A stretch of 62,803 nt of DNA, filler included, from Craspedostauros australis (taxonomy: Eukaryota), in the NCBI GenBank assembly GCA_030167865.1. It is 12 parts of 12 records of this genome, joined end to end, with 100 filler letters (N's around TTAATTAATTAA, not from the genome) between each part and the next. Parts side by side here need not be neighbours in the genome. Positions count along the whole stretch, not along the records: positions 1 to 12,648 come from JALAGF010006031.1; positions 12,749 to 15,224 come from JALAGF010006038.1; positions 15,325 to 17,661 come from JALAGF010006039.1; positions 17,762 to 20,529 come from JALAGF010006040.1; positions 20,630 to 33,491 come from JALAGF010006041.1; 7 more parts are not named here. The stretch is one strand, 5' to 3'. The notes under the pieces were generated by a model that had not been told where the DNA came from, searched no databases, and was given only the letters and a program-made list of their open reading frames with translations. The position numbers were made by a program, and so were the translations under genes. This document shows positions 12,578 to 24,834 of this stretch, in pieces (position 1 is the first letter of the stretch; each line of letters opens with the position of its first letter).

Positions 12578-12996
12578 CACAGTAGCCCAGAAGCGTGGGG
12601 CACATCTCGAGGAAGCATCTTTGGAGAGTGATGTCCTGCAATCAGCGTNNNNNNNNNNNNNNNNNNNNNNNNNNNNNNNNNNNNNNNNNNNNTTAATTAA
12701 TTAANNNNNNNNNNNNNNNNNNNNNNNNNNNNNNNNNNNNNNNNNNNNACATCCTCGCTCTCCTTGATTCTGATCACACCCCCGATCGTTTCTGTTTTGG
12801 ACCGAAAGTCGACACACGATTCGAATCACTGCGTACCAGCACCAACGCACACAGAGAAGCACACCAAAACACCACGCGAGACACAGCAGAATTCACTGTA
12901 TCACAATTGCTATATTGTACGTTTACTAGAATGATCCATGACTACTCTACGCCCAATACGGGCTGTAGTTCATCATGGATCCTGATGTTCATTCTC

Positions 12997-15224
12997 TCAA
13001 AGCTCCATCCTGTTGACGCTGTTGCTGTCGTTGGCAGCTTTGGTTGCTTTGATTGCTTGTCTCGCTTTGCTTTGTCGGGTTGGTTTGTTTCCCACGTCTC
13101 TCTCCCTCTCAAGAATGAGGGAGTTCAATTGGCCCATGGTGGCCTTGTTGCCGAACTCGTTGCGGATGTGACGACAAACGTCTTGTTCTCCGACGATGTC
13201 TCTCTCAGCGAGACGGTCGAACTCCTCCCAAATGTACCTGCGACGCCCGAAGGTGGACTTATTAATGTTGTCTTGGAGGGCCTTTCCCATGTTCTTCGCC
13301 GGAATCAACCCACTCAACCCCACGAAGTACTCCTCCCAAAGCCGCTCCAACGTGCGGATTTGTCTAGTGAGGACTGCTCGCCCTGGAGCAGGCTTCTTCG
13401 TCTGCTTTGCCATCGTCCTTGCTCTGGCTCTCGCTTCCTTTGCGATTCGCTTCTGCTCTGCAGCCTCTGCAAGAATTCGCTCCAATCTCTGTTCTTGGAG
13501 TTGCGCTTCAGCCTCTGCTCGCTCCACCTTGGATGGTTCTGTTTCGACCTCCATTGGCGCGAATGTTGCGGTTGGTGCAGGTTCTGTGGGTGGTGTGGGT
13601 GGTGCTGCTGGTTCAGGTTCTGCGGTTGGCACAGGCACATTGATTGGCACAGTCGCATTGATTGGCACAGTCGCATTGATTGGCACAGTCGCATTGATTG
13701 GCACGGGCACATTGATCGGCATAGGCACATTGATCGGCACAGTTGCTGCTGGTACCGGATCGATGATGGGAGGTTGATGGTTGCTGTTCTTCGTAAGAAG
13801 ATCGAAGAGGGCGTCGAGCTTNTTTTCNATCCTGTCCAGCTTCGTCTCCATCAGGTCCTGCTTCGTCTCCGTCCTGTTGCTCTTGACCTGGTTGGCCAGG
13901 ACGGTAGACCTGATCTCTTCAACGCTCGCCATGACGTTGCCAAGGACACGCTTTTGGGTATCCAACCTGTCGACCGCAAGCTCTGCGAGCCCGTTGGTGT
14001 GGTGGTAATCCTGGAATGGATTGCCATCCATACCAGCTGCTTGATCGATGCTCGGACGTGGACCCTCTGCAATCTTGAGTGCACCACGCACGTTGCCAAC
14101 GTAGAGGCAGACTCGCTTCACAGGGTTAGCATCTGGGTCCAAGTTAGATTNNNNNNNNNNNNNNNNNNNNNNNNNNNNNNNNNNNNNNNNNNNNNNNNNN
14201 NNNNNNNNNNNNNNNNNNNNNNNNNNNNNNNNNNNNNNNNNNNNNNNNNNNNNNNNNNNNNNNNNNNNNNNNNNNNNNNNNNNNNNNNNNNNNNNNNNNN
14301 NNNNNNNNNNNNNNNNNNNNNNGTCTGTGACCAATTCTGGATTGATCACGTTGTACTTGCATGGCGCACCGATGGTGGACTGGCATGCTACCTCTGCATC
14401 AATGCACGAGAGAGTGACATCAACATAGCGGGCGATCACTTTAGCATGTGGGTCAGCCCACCGAGCTCTCTTGTTGACCTTGTGGGGGCTGCAACCGATA
14501 TTGCTTGCGTGGGTGGCAGCGCACTTCCTGATTGAATGTGTTCCAAGCAGCTTCACTGGCCTGATACTAGAGACGATCTTGAAATCAGGATCGCTAGTAC
14601 AGAAGTTAACGGCATTNNTGGCCATCTTTGCTGTTGCTTTAGGCACTTTTGCGCCGCTTCCGGAGAAAAAGAAGATGTAGGGTTCCTCTTGTTGCGACTG
14701 AGCCAAGGAGACCTCCATATGGATTGCAAGGGCAAGGATCGGACAGTGGGCAATGTCAAACGATCCGACGATGATCTGGAGAGGAATCTTGTGGATGTCT
14801 GTAGAATTCTTTGACTTCATCACCCTGATGCCGATGTGCCCTTCGGCATTTGGGATGGTGTAGAAGTAGGAATACTTGAGGTCTGCAATGTCACTGCAAC
14901 GGCCGATGAGGTGGAATTGCAACTTGAAGAAGGAGGTGAGACCGCACGAGGTTTGCCAATCATTCGCAGCACCAAGCATGGACAACAACTGCTCNNNNNN
15001 NNNGATTTCGAATGGCTCTCTCTCTGTGCTCTCCTTGCAATCGCCCGTCTTCTCCAATTTCGCGACGTGTTTGATCGCCCTGTCGACGTATTTGCTGAGC
15101 ACTGGATTTCCCGTATTAGTGCGATCGCACCAATCGTTGGGTGGCATCTTCGAGGAGATGGCAGATTTGTAGCGCTGCAGAGTACCCAACCTGGCAGAAG
15201 AGGAGGCATCACTGGGCCCAGGAT
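12997..15224 (-). mobile_element. Crypton-like DNA transposon ORF: tyrosine recombinase plus C-terminal GCR1_C-like domain; 5'-truncated by a gap
   Basis: YR catalytic residues in FHLIGRCSD (R), GTHSIRK (HxxR), RARW and RYVD (Y). N-terminal KSAISSKMP..W...GNP. C-terminal RTLERLWEEYFVGLSG..PAK...RRRYIW. Confidence 0.82.
13627..13742 (-). repeat. Coding minisatellite (VPINAT / VPINVP units, 18 bp) in the Crypton linker region
   Basis: Repeated GGCACAGTCGCATTGATT-type units, seen directly. Confidence 0.9.
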
Positions 15225-15663
15225 NNNNNNNNNNNNNNNNNNNNNNNNNNNNNNNNNNNNNNNNNNNNTTAATTAATTAANNNNNNNNNNNNNNNNNNNN
15301 NNNNNNNNNNNNNNNNNNNNNNNNCATATTCGACATCGTAATCGCTCTCTATCGCTCCATGCACCCCTCATTCGGAATGCTAGTTTCATCATCACTAGCA
15401 TCTCATGAAAACTATCATCAGCACGACAAGGACGACTCAACATTGCTGCAAATGAAGAGAAATGATTGGCCATTGGTTTCGTGCCAACACGTGGAAGGTT
15501 GGCTTGCCGGGACTGCAATGTGAAACTCAATTGTGTTTTTGGCTCCTAAAACGCAATCGAGTTTNACTTTCCGAGGGGGAAGTTCGCATGTTGCCCCTCT
15601 AAAAATGTCATTATCAGGTTATTTTGTACCGTGGGACTCCCAATGTGAAATGCGATAGGCCTC

Positions 15664-15870
15664 TATTCTCTCAGAAATCGTTGATTGCAAATTTCCTCCA
15701 GAAATTCTGCTCATTTTCGTGTGTTCCATTTCCACAGTGATTTTGACAAATCAAAGTATACTATCGACACGAATGTAGTTGTACCGTCCGAACACGTACA
15801 AGAGAATAACGGGTGAACGATGCACATATACACGTACATCTTGACATATACACGCATGTACATCTCGACA
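15664..15870 (-). mobile_element. Partial LTR (5' ~200 bp of the window's recurrent LTR family)
   Basis: Reverse complement matches the 23293 copy and ends at CATCTCGACA. Confidence 0.85.
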
Positions 15871-16081
15871 GGTTTCGCCACTCAGCACGCAGAGACCTGA
15901 GCTTTGTGCGCAAGCCTGGATAGAGGGATAAGAAGGAGCTGACGTAATGAATTTCTTACTTCATGCTGAACAACGCAGAACGGCACGGAACGACAATGGA
16001 CAACATTCCCACACAAGGACTTGTCAGTGTGGCTCAAATGAATTAATCGTGTGTATCCCAGCTTGAATGAATGTTCATGAG

Positions 16082-17661
16082 TTAGATGTCGATCGATGCA
16101 GGGATATTCTCTGGCTTGAGGTACTCGTACTTCGGCTCGCCGGTACGTTCGTCCTCCTTGGTGCGCAACTCGATCTTGCTCGCGATTCTGTTCATGTTCT
16201 TCTTGAACGTGCCGTACGCACTCTTTCCGCGCACAGAGAAGTTGTTGTCGAGGTCCATGATGGTGTTCTTGGATGGCAGGGTGAGAAGTTGCACGGTCGT
16301 GGCTGCCTTCTGTGCGCTTTCCAGGTTCGGCATGGCCTCTTCGAACATCCAGCGTTCGCTTCCCTTTGCGCTCTTCCACTGTTCGAAGGACTTGCGCATT
16401 CCGAGTGGCTTGTTGCCTTGGTACGCATAGTACTGTGCGTGGCGGTGGGATGGAAGATGCCAAATGGGAGATGTCGAATGGGACATGTGGAATGGGGAGT
16501 CAACAGTGCAAGGGAGATCGGATGTGATGATGTAATGATGTGAGGCGTGGTGNNNNNNNNNNNNNNNNNNNNNNNNNNNNNNNNNNNNNNNNNNNNNNNN
16601 NNTCGCGATTCTGTTCATGTTCTTCTTGAACGTGCCGTACGCACTCTTTCCGCGCACAGAGAAGTTGTTGTCGAGGTCCATGATGGTGTTCTTGGATGGC
16701 AGGGTGAGAAGTTGCACGGTCGTGGCTGCCTTCTGTGCGCTTTCCAGGTTCGGCATGGCCTCTTCGAACATCCAGCGTTCGCTTCCCTTTGCGCTCTTCC
16801 ACTGTTCGAAGGACTTGCGCATTCCGAGTGGCTTGTTGCCTTGGTACGCATAGTACTGTGCGTGGCGGTGGNNNNNNNNNNNNNNNNNNNNAGATGTCGA
16901 ATGGGACATGTGGAATGGGGAGTCAACAGTGCAAGGGAGATCGGATGTGATGATGTAATGATGTGAGGCGTGGTGTGAGGGGATGCGGTGTGGTTTCGTG
17001 TGGCGTCGCGGGCACAGAGGGGGGCAAGACCTCGTATTCATAAAAATATTCATGTGCGTCAATGCACACAACCAAGTCACAGCACGGTCCATATGCGAGT
17101 TGCACTTACATCGTATTGTGGGAAGTTGACAGCAGCGTGGAATCCGCTGCAGATCCAGAACAGCGTTTGCAGGGTGCGGGCCAGCTGCGGCTTGGACTCG
17201 AATCTCTTTGGAAATCCAGGGATGAAAGCACGGTCCTCAGCAGTGGTTTCGTGAGCCCACAATTGCAGGACGGCGTCGCCTCTGACTTCCGTGTCGTTTT
17301 GGTAGCACTCATCGACATACTGAGTTGCAAAGAAGCCGTATGCCTCCCAAAGCTCCTTGCCATCGTTGCGGTAGCGGTAGTTGTCGAGCTTCACATCGTC
17401 GGTGAATCCGCGCCCTTCCAGCTCTTCGTCGAAGGCGGAAGACTTGAAGAAGTCGTAATCCTTCCAGTACTTGTAAATGAGTACCATGAACTGGCCAGTT
17501 CCGACGGATGTCATGTAATCACCAAGGCTGTTTGGTGCAAAAGCGGCCAAAGTATCACGCGCCGCGAAGTTGAGAAAAAGGGTGTCACGGCACATTGGTC
17601 TGACGAATGGATAGATCTTGTGGTTGTATCTGCGCAGGGTGTTGTGGATGGCGATGATGTG
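16082..17661 (-). CDS. LOX: Lipoxygenase, 3' half; the 5' part is lost at a contig break and the last exon is duplicated across a gap
   Basis: YRYRNDG..LW, SGFHAAVNFPQYD|YYAY (intron 17109-16856, GTAAGT..CACAG) and C-terminal YEYLKPENIPASIDI* with the terminal Ile iron ligand. Confidence 0.92.
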
Positions 17662-19552
17662 NNNNNNNNNNNNNNNNNNNNNNNNNNNNNNNNNNNNNNN
17701 NNNNNTTAATTAATTAANNNNNNNNNNNNNNNNNNNNNNNNNNNNNNNNNNNNNNNNNNNNACGATTCAGAGGAACATCTGCTCGTTGGATATGGTCTCT
17801 GCCTGGAATGCACAGGCCATTCCAACGACTATTGATGGGCAAGACACATCCAAGAGGATACGATGAAGATGCACACGAAGTTTGAGGGTCGGGGGTGGAC
17901 TGGAAGGTGCCCTCCGCAAGAAACAAGTGGAGGGCAAGAGTTTTTTGGTGGGTGGCGGCGGACACACCACGTGACTTCGCTCGTGATGGGTGCCATTGGC
18001 AAGTCACCNAAATCGCAAAGCCACCCATACAAGATGTGTTCGNAATCAACTCAAGATGACCAGGGCGGAGCCTTCTCCACGGATACGGTCTGTAAGAGGC
18101 TGCAAGGTGGGATGCACACAAAATGGTTTTTTTGGGTATCGCAAAAACTCCATGGTGACATCAGCACATGGAGGTGTACCTTTGGAGGTACGAACTCCCA
18201 ACCCATTCTGAACACATCAGTGTGTCGCCATAGAATGTGGGAACGCATGAGGGGCATGTGGAGGAGCTGCAAGGATCGTATCGACGAGATACGGATCCAA
18301 ATCCGAATGGCATCANNNNNNNNNNNNNNNNNNNNNNNNNNNNNNNNNNNNNNNNNNNNNNNNNNNNNNNNNNNNNNNNNNNNTGCAGGGACAGTTTGGA
18401 GTATGAGATGCGGCTATCCGTGGAGAAGCTTCATGGGATGGACAGATGGGGGGTATGCGGAGCTAATTTGGTGCGCAGATTGTGAAAATGCCAGGGATGA
18501 TAATGGTGATCATGGGTGCTGAAGGGAGGGCAGCATGGTGCCATCGAGAATTTTTGCCACCCACCATCTGACTGACAGCAAGCCAAAACGACATTAAAAA
18601 TAAAGTTCATACAAATTTAACTTCGATATTCAGAATAAGCGATAGCCAAGCGTCCGAATNNNNNNNNNNNNNNNNNNNNNNNNNNNNNNNNNNNNNNNNN
18701 NNNNCATCATAAGCAGTTGTTTGGATGGTTTTGGGTGTGCTCTATTTTAGTCTACTTTATCACGACTCATCACGAGTAAAACTCAAAAAAACACTCCACA
18801 ACTAGTGCTATCGCGACACCGTTTTACATTGAGTGCAGGTCGTATTTCGCTGCTGATTGCTGGCGTCGTGGTTGTCCAAACTGCTGCGTGGACCAGCAAC
18901 CGACAACAACATTTAGCCACACCGCCGCATCGCGTCAACTCGGGCGGCGGCATCCATTCTTGCCATCGAGTTTGGCACCAAACATAGAGTAATTGTATTG
19001 ATGAAACATCGCCGACTCCGTCACCTCCCCGCCATGACATTCGAGGCGCGAGTCATCGTCAACCTGTGCTCAACACGCAAGGTCCATGATTCTCCTCGCC
19101 TCCTCTTTTGGTTGACATCACCATCCACCGTTTCGCCGTAACCGTTCAAACCCCACGCGAGAGAGAGAGAGACAGCGACCAGTGTGCGATTGAGAGACAG
19201 AACGGGAACATGCACATGCATGACGGAAATCAGAGTCCGCATACGGCGCACGAACGGGCACCAACACCGGCAGAGTTCAGTCTTGTTGCTGCAGGTGACG
19301 TACATACCAGCACAACCGCAGCCACGACTGTAGACTAGGACTGGGGCAGAGCAGAGCACTTTCTCCAGGATAGACATGCACTCGCATCGCAGTCAAGCTG
19401 GAGCGTATGCATCTTGAAGACGTTGTTGCTTCGTTTGTTTTACTCTATTGTGTTGTATTAGCTCTATATTTGGTATGTTGGTATCAGACTGTCAAAACTG
19501 TTGGTGCCGATGGTTCGTGTGCCAGGACAGAAAGTGTGGTGTGCCGATCTCT

Positions 19553-20227
19553 CTAGGTGGAGATGGAGCTTCCATCCGATGATGACGACGCCTCAGAATC
19601 ACTGGCGTCATGCTCGACCGGTGGAACGACCAGTCGGGCAGCTGACCTCGCATCCCTCTCACCCACGCGGATGGCGTGCTTGACCCAATTTGCGGACGCC
19701 TTGATGCAAGCAGCTGCGATGGTCCCTTCGTCGCGGTGGGATTCCTGTGCATCGAACACCATCTGTCGGGCATGGGTGATCACGGCCTGGCGGTGCTCTG
19801 ACTCCCTGCGTGTGCGACATTCCAACCCTCTGCGGGTGTCGCCGTTGATCGCCTTGTCCTTGTTCATAAGACGGACGACGCGCACCGCGTCGGATCGGAT
19901 CTCCGCCATCTCGTCCTTTGTGATCCAAGTGTTGCTCCTCTCTTCGTCCGTGTAATCGCATCGGCGGATGGTTCTTCGCGAGCGGGTGCGTGGAGCGAAG
20001 GTGACGCACTTTGTGGTCTTCTGCCTCTTGCGAAGGTTCGGGCTTGGCGTAGATGCTGGTGGACAGGCCGGAGCTGAGGTGAGGCCATCCTGTTGCTGCT
20101 TGCCTGCTGGTGCTGTCGTCACGGTGGAGCAGCAGTCATCATCTTGGTGCTGCTGCCTGTCGGGAATGCGGATGATGTTGTTGTTGCTATCGATTTCGAT
20201 GATATCGTAAAGGGAGCGTGGCGCCAT
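19553..20227 (-). CDS. Hypothetical protein of a widespread diatom-type family (V.F...DYT.EE...W....E....RGLE motif)
   Basis: KCVTFAP...DYTDEERSNTWIT..EM..I.......RGLECRT; ATG at 20227 lies just downstream of an (ATC)n tract. Confidence 0.7.
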   Translation of the reverse strand: MAPRSLYDIIEIDSNNNIIRIPDRQQHQDDDCCSTVTTAPAGKQQQDGLTSAPACPPASTPSPNLRKRQKTTKCVTFAPRTRSRRTIRRCDYTDEERSNTWITKDEMAEIRSDAVRVVRLMNKDKAINGDTRRGLECRTRRESEHRQAVITHARQMVFDAQESHRDEGTIAAACIKASANWVKHAIRVGERDARSAARLVVPPVEHDASDSEASSSSDGSSIST

Positions 20228-20629
20228 GATGATGATGATGATGATGATGATGATGTTGGTGTTGTTATTGCTGTGGCTGTTGTGATTGTTGCCGTTGTTG
20301 CCGTTGTTTGTGCAGAATTGCGATTTGTGAGAAAAGCGGTTGGAAGATTTGGAAATGCGCAACCGAGCATGTGTGTTGCCAAACATCTTGCTGCGCTTGT
20401 TTTTGTTGGGAAAGAAGGCAAGGAGCAAATTTTGCTTTGCACCTTGGCCAGAAGACATAACAAGGCAGTCTTGGTTGATGTGGGGTTGTGTTCATGCGGA
20501 AGAGTTCGTTCAGCACAGGGGGGGGGGGGNNNNNNNNNNNNNNNNNNNNNNNNNNNNNNNNNNNNNNNNNNNNTTAATTAATTAANNNNNNNNNNNNNNN
20601 NNNNNNNNNNNNNNNNNNNNNNNNNNNNN

Positions 20630-20842
20630 CGGATTCGCTGTTGATGTCTCGTTGTTTCTCTTGTTGCCCTTGTTGGTCTTCGCGCCATCGACATCGTGCT
20701 TGAGGAGGCGGGTCTTCTCCAATACGGTATGGATCTCTTCCATTGGGTCCACAAGGTTCTTGCTGCCGCGGAGCACAGCATGGGTCGTTGCCATGTTGGC
20801 GGTGGCGAAAAACGCCACGAGAGTTGTCTTCGTGATGCGCAT
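20630..20842 (-). CDS. N-terminus of a secreted protein, truncated at a contig end
   Basis: Signal-peptide-like MRITKTTLVAFFATANMATTHA followed by LRG and RLL motifs; the frame runs into the gap. Confidence 0.6.
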
Positions 20843-23292
20843 GTTTGTTGTCGTTGTCGCTGTTATCGTTACTGCCGTTGCTGCCGTTGCTGTCGTTGTT
20901 GGAAGCTGGGCGATGATGAGTGATGACGAGTGATAATGGTATGGTTTGTAATGTGGCGGTCGATCGATTTTGTGAGATTGACAGGATGGCTTTCTGAAGC
21001 GGAGAAGTTATTTGTTCGAATGAAGAGGCAGCGTGTGATGAGCAGTGCGACGATTCACTAAAAAATGAACACTTCCACTCTACTTGTGTGTGGATCAAAT
21101 CCATCGGCGCGGCATGAAGTTGAACCCATTGTGGCGAGTGCCTCTCTCTATCTCCTTGTTCGATGCGGGTGAGCGGAAAGATCAGGAAGCATTTTCGATT
21201 TCAACCACAGATCATGATCACCTGAAACGGCGACGACCGTGAAGTTGCCACCTCGTTGGGTCTCTCTCTTCTTGTTGACAAGACCAATTGATACATCAAT
21301 TGGTCTGCAGACATACATACGACTACTCCACATAATAAACGGAACATTGTATTCGATGTCAAGCTGCGATGTTGTATGAGCGTCTATCTGATGTGGGTCA
21401 TCTGTAGTCGGAGTGTTGGACCAATACGTTCTCTTCCTGATTCCGCATGTCCGGTTGATAACGAGCAAGTTTTATAATCACCTGTGTTGGCGACATGAAG
21501 TTTATCAATGACAGCCCAAGCCACAATTCTGAGCACTCTTTCGCGAACGTCACCGTTTGTGTTCTGTTCTCACCAAATGTCAAGACAGACGGATTATTTT
21601 GGAAAATGTGGGACCGGGTTCGGTCGTCCAAAATGAGAATCTTGGATCCGTCATTGGCGAATGTGTGATTGATCGTGACTCTAAGTAGAAAATAATGGAG
21701 AACTCGGAAGAACATGGAAAATTGAGATATGGGACCAAAATACGACTGACCAAGATCATGTGATGAGATTCGGAGATCACATGATGAGATTCAGAGCCCA
21801 TGTGATGGAGTCTGATGACTATGTTATGTGACCTATCAACCATGTGTGAGAAACGAGCAACCATGCATGAGAAACAAGCAGATCACCAAGAGGCAAGACA
21901 TCCAATCGTGCAGAAATATGAAGGCATGCCACTACACGGTGAACTGAGTAGAAATTGAAGAATGAAGTGGTTGATTCTGGTTGAGCAACTGCCAGAATGA
22001 CAGGATAAGACGTGGTGAAAGGCGATGATGAATCGCACATCAAGATCCAGAAAGCAGATGAGATGGAATTGATCTCATAATGAGCAGACAACAGAGCTGA
22101 CAACAACACTGACAACCACAACAATAACCACTATTAGTACAGACAACACAAACAAAAGACATCAATATTATCAGGGTCTACTGGGTCAATGTTGAGCTAC
22201 AAAGAGAGACCTGTTTCAACAACCAAAACGGTCACGCGCTGGGCGACATCCTCAGGTTGCGGCCGATCGCAGCTGCTTTTGTGAGTGACAACATGTTGAG
22301 CATGGTGGGAGAGCGGAGGAGGGTGGAGTGAGGATCCCATGCTCCGCTTCCGTTCGTCTCGTGCAGTTCTTGAGAATGGCATTCTTGTGACGAATGATCC
22401 CTCGACGGATACCGGACGTCCGTTATGATCTTGCTTTGTGGTATCTGTTGCTGCTTCAATCGTGGATGAACCAACAATAGAAAGGCCTTATGTGCTGCTT
22501 GTGCAACGCTCAAACTACTGTTAAGTATAGCAGGCCATTTGATACCACCTGCGAAAATTTGATCAATCCCCTGGTTCCTACCGTACCCGTCGTCTGATCT
22601 GCCATGTAGTACTACCTACTCCACAAGTGATCATCCGAACTATCACATACCACAGAGCTTGCAGAGTTGGAGGTGGGGGATCATCGCCGAGGAATGCCCA
22701 TGCTCTACTCCATTCCAAGCGAACGAGATACTATATGCTGCTCCAGTTGGTGATAGGTGATCGGGTATGTGCCGCGATGACGCTGCGGTTGGCGGTTCCA
22801 ATGTGCAAATTCAACAAATCGACGATGGAGGAAGGACGAAGGACGAAGCGGGCTCAGAGATTGGTTAGGATTCGTTGGATTCGTCTGTGTCAGCTACGAC
22901 CTACTCCTACGCTCCTTGCTCCCGTGCACGGGCCAGTCGATGAATGGGTGATTGTGGTGGCGCAATCTTGGTGCGTTCCTTGATAGATACTTGATGCGGT
23001 GGTTCTACCTCTCTCTTCGGAGAAACTACTCTCCTTCACGAACGCAAACAATCTTGGGGAACATCATTTACACTGTGGAACCCCTTCAAATTCTCAACAT
23101 TTTCTGTGAATGAACCTGTTCAGACACCGATGACAAAATGTGGGGACCAATTGGTTGCTGAAAGTGATTTCACGACCGTTGTTTGACACTTGTTTGGATC
23201 AAGTATCCTGTTTGAGGCGAAGGGAGCCACAGCTACACGTCGTGCATGACCTGTTGGGGTGCCCCCACGATAAAGAGTGATCCTGAATTGTG

Positions 23293-24097
23293 TGTCGAGA
23301 TGTACATGTGAGTATATGTCGAGATGTACGTGTATATGTGCATCGTTCACCCGCTATTCTCTCATACGTACTTGGACGGTACAACTACACTCGTGTCGAT
23401 AGTATGCTGTGATTTGTCAGAATTACAGTGAAAATAGAACACACGAAAATGAGCAGAATTTCTGGAGGAAATTTGCAATCAACGATTTCTGAGAGAATTG
23501 GAAATATCGTCCGTCCATCCATCAATGGAGACGCATGGTACCAAGCGAATCTTGAGGTACTTCTCAACTAAACCCCAGATGACGATATCATCTGACAGAC
23601 CATCGCATCATCGATGGAACGTGACATCTGGAGAGCAGAAGGATGCCTACCGACGTAGACAGGATGTCATCGTGTCACCACGTTGACATCTGTCTCCATG
23701 TCAGAAGCAGAAGGTGAAGATTCGATGACAGAAGGGCATTGAGATCATGGATACACTAAGAGGAGTTCAAGTGGTAAGTGCTCATGGAGTAGGAGCCAGT
23801 AGTGAACGAACAGAGTGTCGAATGCGGAGCATGCATCGAACATGGAGTGTCGTGTGACACAAACATGCAACATTGAGAAGAGAGAGAATACAATAGCAGC
23901 AAGAGAGCATCTTGCGTACGGACTCATAGTCGGAGACTGAATCTACAAAACAGACAGACGAGCCAAGAGCATCAGGCAAGAGAAAGGAGACACTGAGAGG
24001 ATTGGAGTGCTCAACTAAATGAAATAGCAAACAGAACGACTATCAACCAACATTGCCTTCCACGATCGCAAGTATCCAATCACGGAACTTGCCAACA
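23293..24097 (+). mobile_element. LTR, apparently solo; TGTCGAGATG...CTTGCCAACA
   Basis: TG..CA termini; homologous to five other copies in the window; no target-site duplication seen. Confidence 0.85.
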
Positions 24098-24834
24098 TCG
24101 CTGCGGAGAGCATGCAGTGGCAACTCATCCATGACGCAGTGTTGACTGCTGACCTGCCAATGTTCCCAGGGATTGTGAACAGAGGATTGCTACACATATG
24201 GGTGAGCATAGCACCTCAGAACATGTCTTGCAATGCAATGCATCGCAAGTTGTGACCATTGTATTCATCGGAGAGAATCCTTGCTGAGGCGTCCGCCCAT
24301 GTGCGAGTGTCGATGGAACCTTGAAGGTAAGATCGCCAGAAGTTTGAAGATTGAAAACGACGCATACTCGAGAGACGCTCCATGCACCTGAAACAAATGC
24401 AATGCCATCTTGGTCACTCCTGCCCCGCAACGTCCGTCCATTCTGCTCGACTCTAGCCTGATGTCTCTCTCTCTCTCTCTCTCTAGTCTGGTGTTTAGAC
24501 TTCGACAGCGATGGACGTGGGGAAACGAATCGCGGCTGGAAAGATCCACAATGAGACCACACAAAACAGATCCGATTCTTGCGTGTCTCTCGTCTCACCA
24601 ATTCGATTCGATTGTGCATCCTTTTCGGTTTGGGTTGGACCATTGATGCCATAGTCGTACGACCTAAGTATATGATACATGTATAATAACTCGCAGGAGC
24701 CACTCATCCACATAGAAGCTGACAGCATCGCCACGGTCTCGCCAGAACCAGTACGAGCTATTCTGGAGCAAGTATCAACAGCAATACCTCCCCGTCCGCG
24801 CATCATACCCACGAGCAACCGATTTTGCGGGACC

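Noticed and set aside
12907..14535. 542-aa plus-strand ORF (also 28190-29425, 51806-52705 and 55008-55829)
   Set aside because: These are antisense shadows of better-supported genes or repeats and have no recognisable motifs.
16129..16975. Tandem duplication of the LOX last exon (423-bp offset)
   Set aside because: Identical copies flank an N gap, which indicates an unmerged contig overlap.
17762..18660. Short ORFs as a gene or transposase
   Set aside because: The frames I read are interrupted by stops and Ns and show no identifiable motif.
21100..23280. Coding potential or an identifiable TE
   Set aside because: Only short ORFs and small degenerate tandem repeats (about 21757-21820 and 22084-22122) are present; probably decayed repeat DNA but unassignable.
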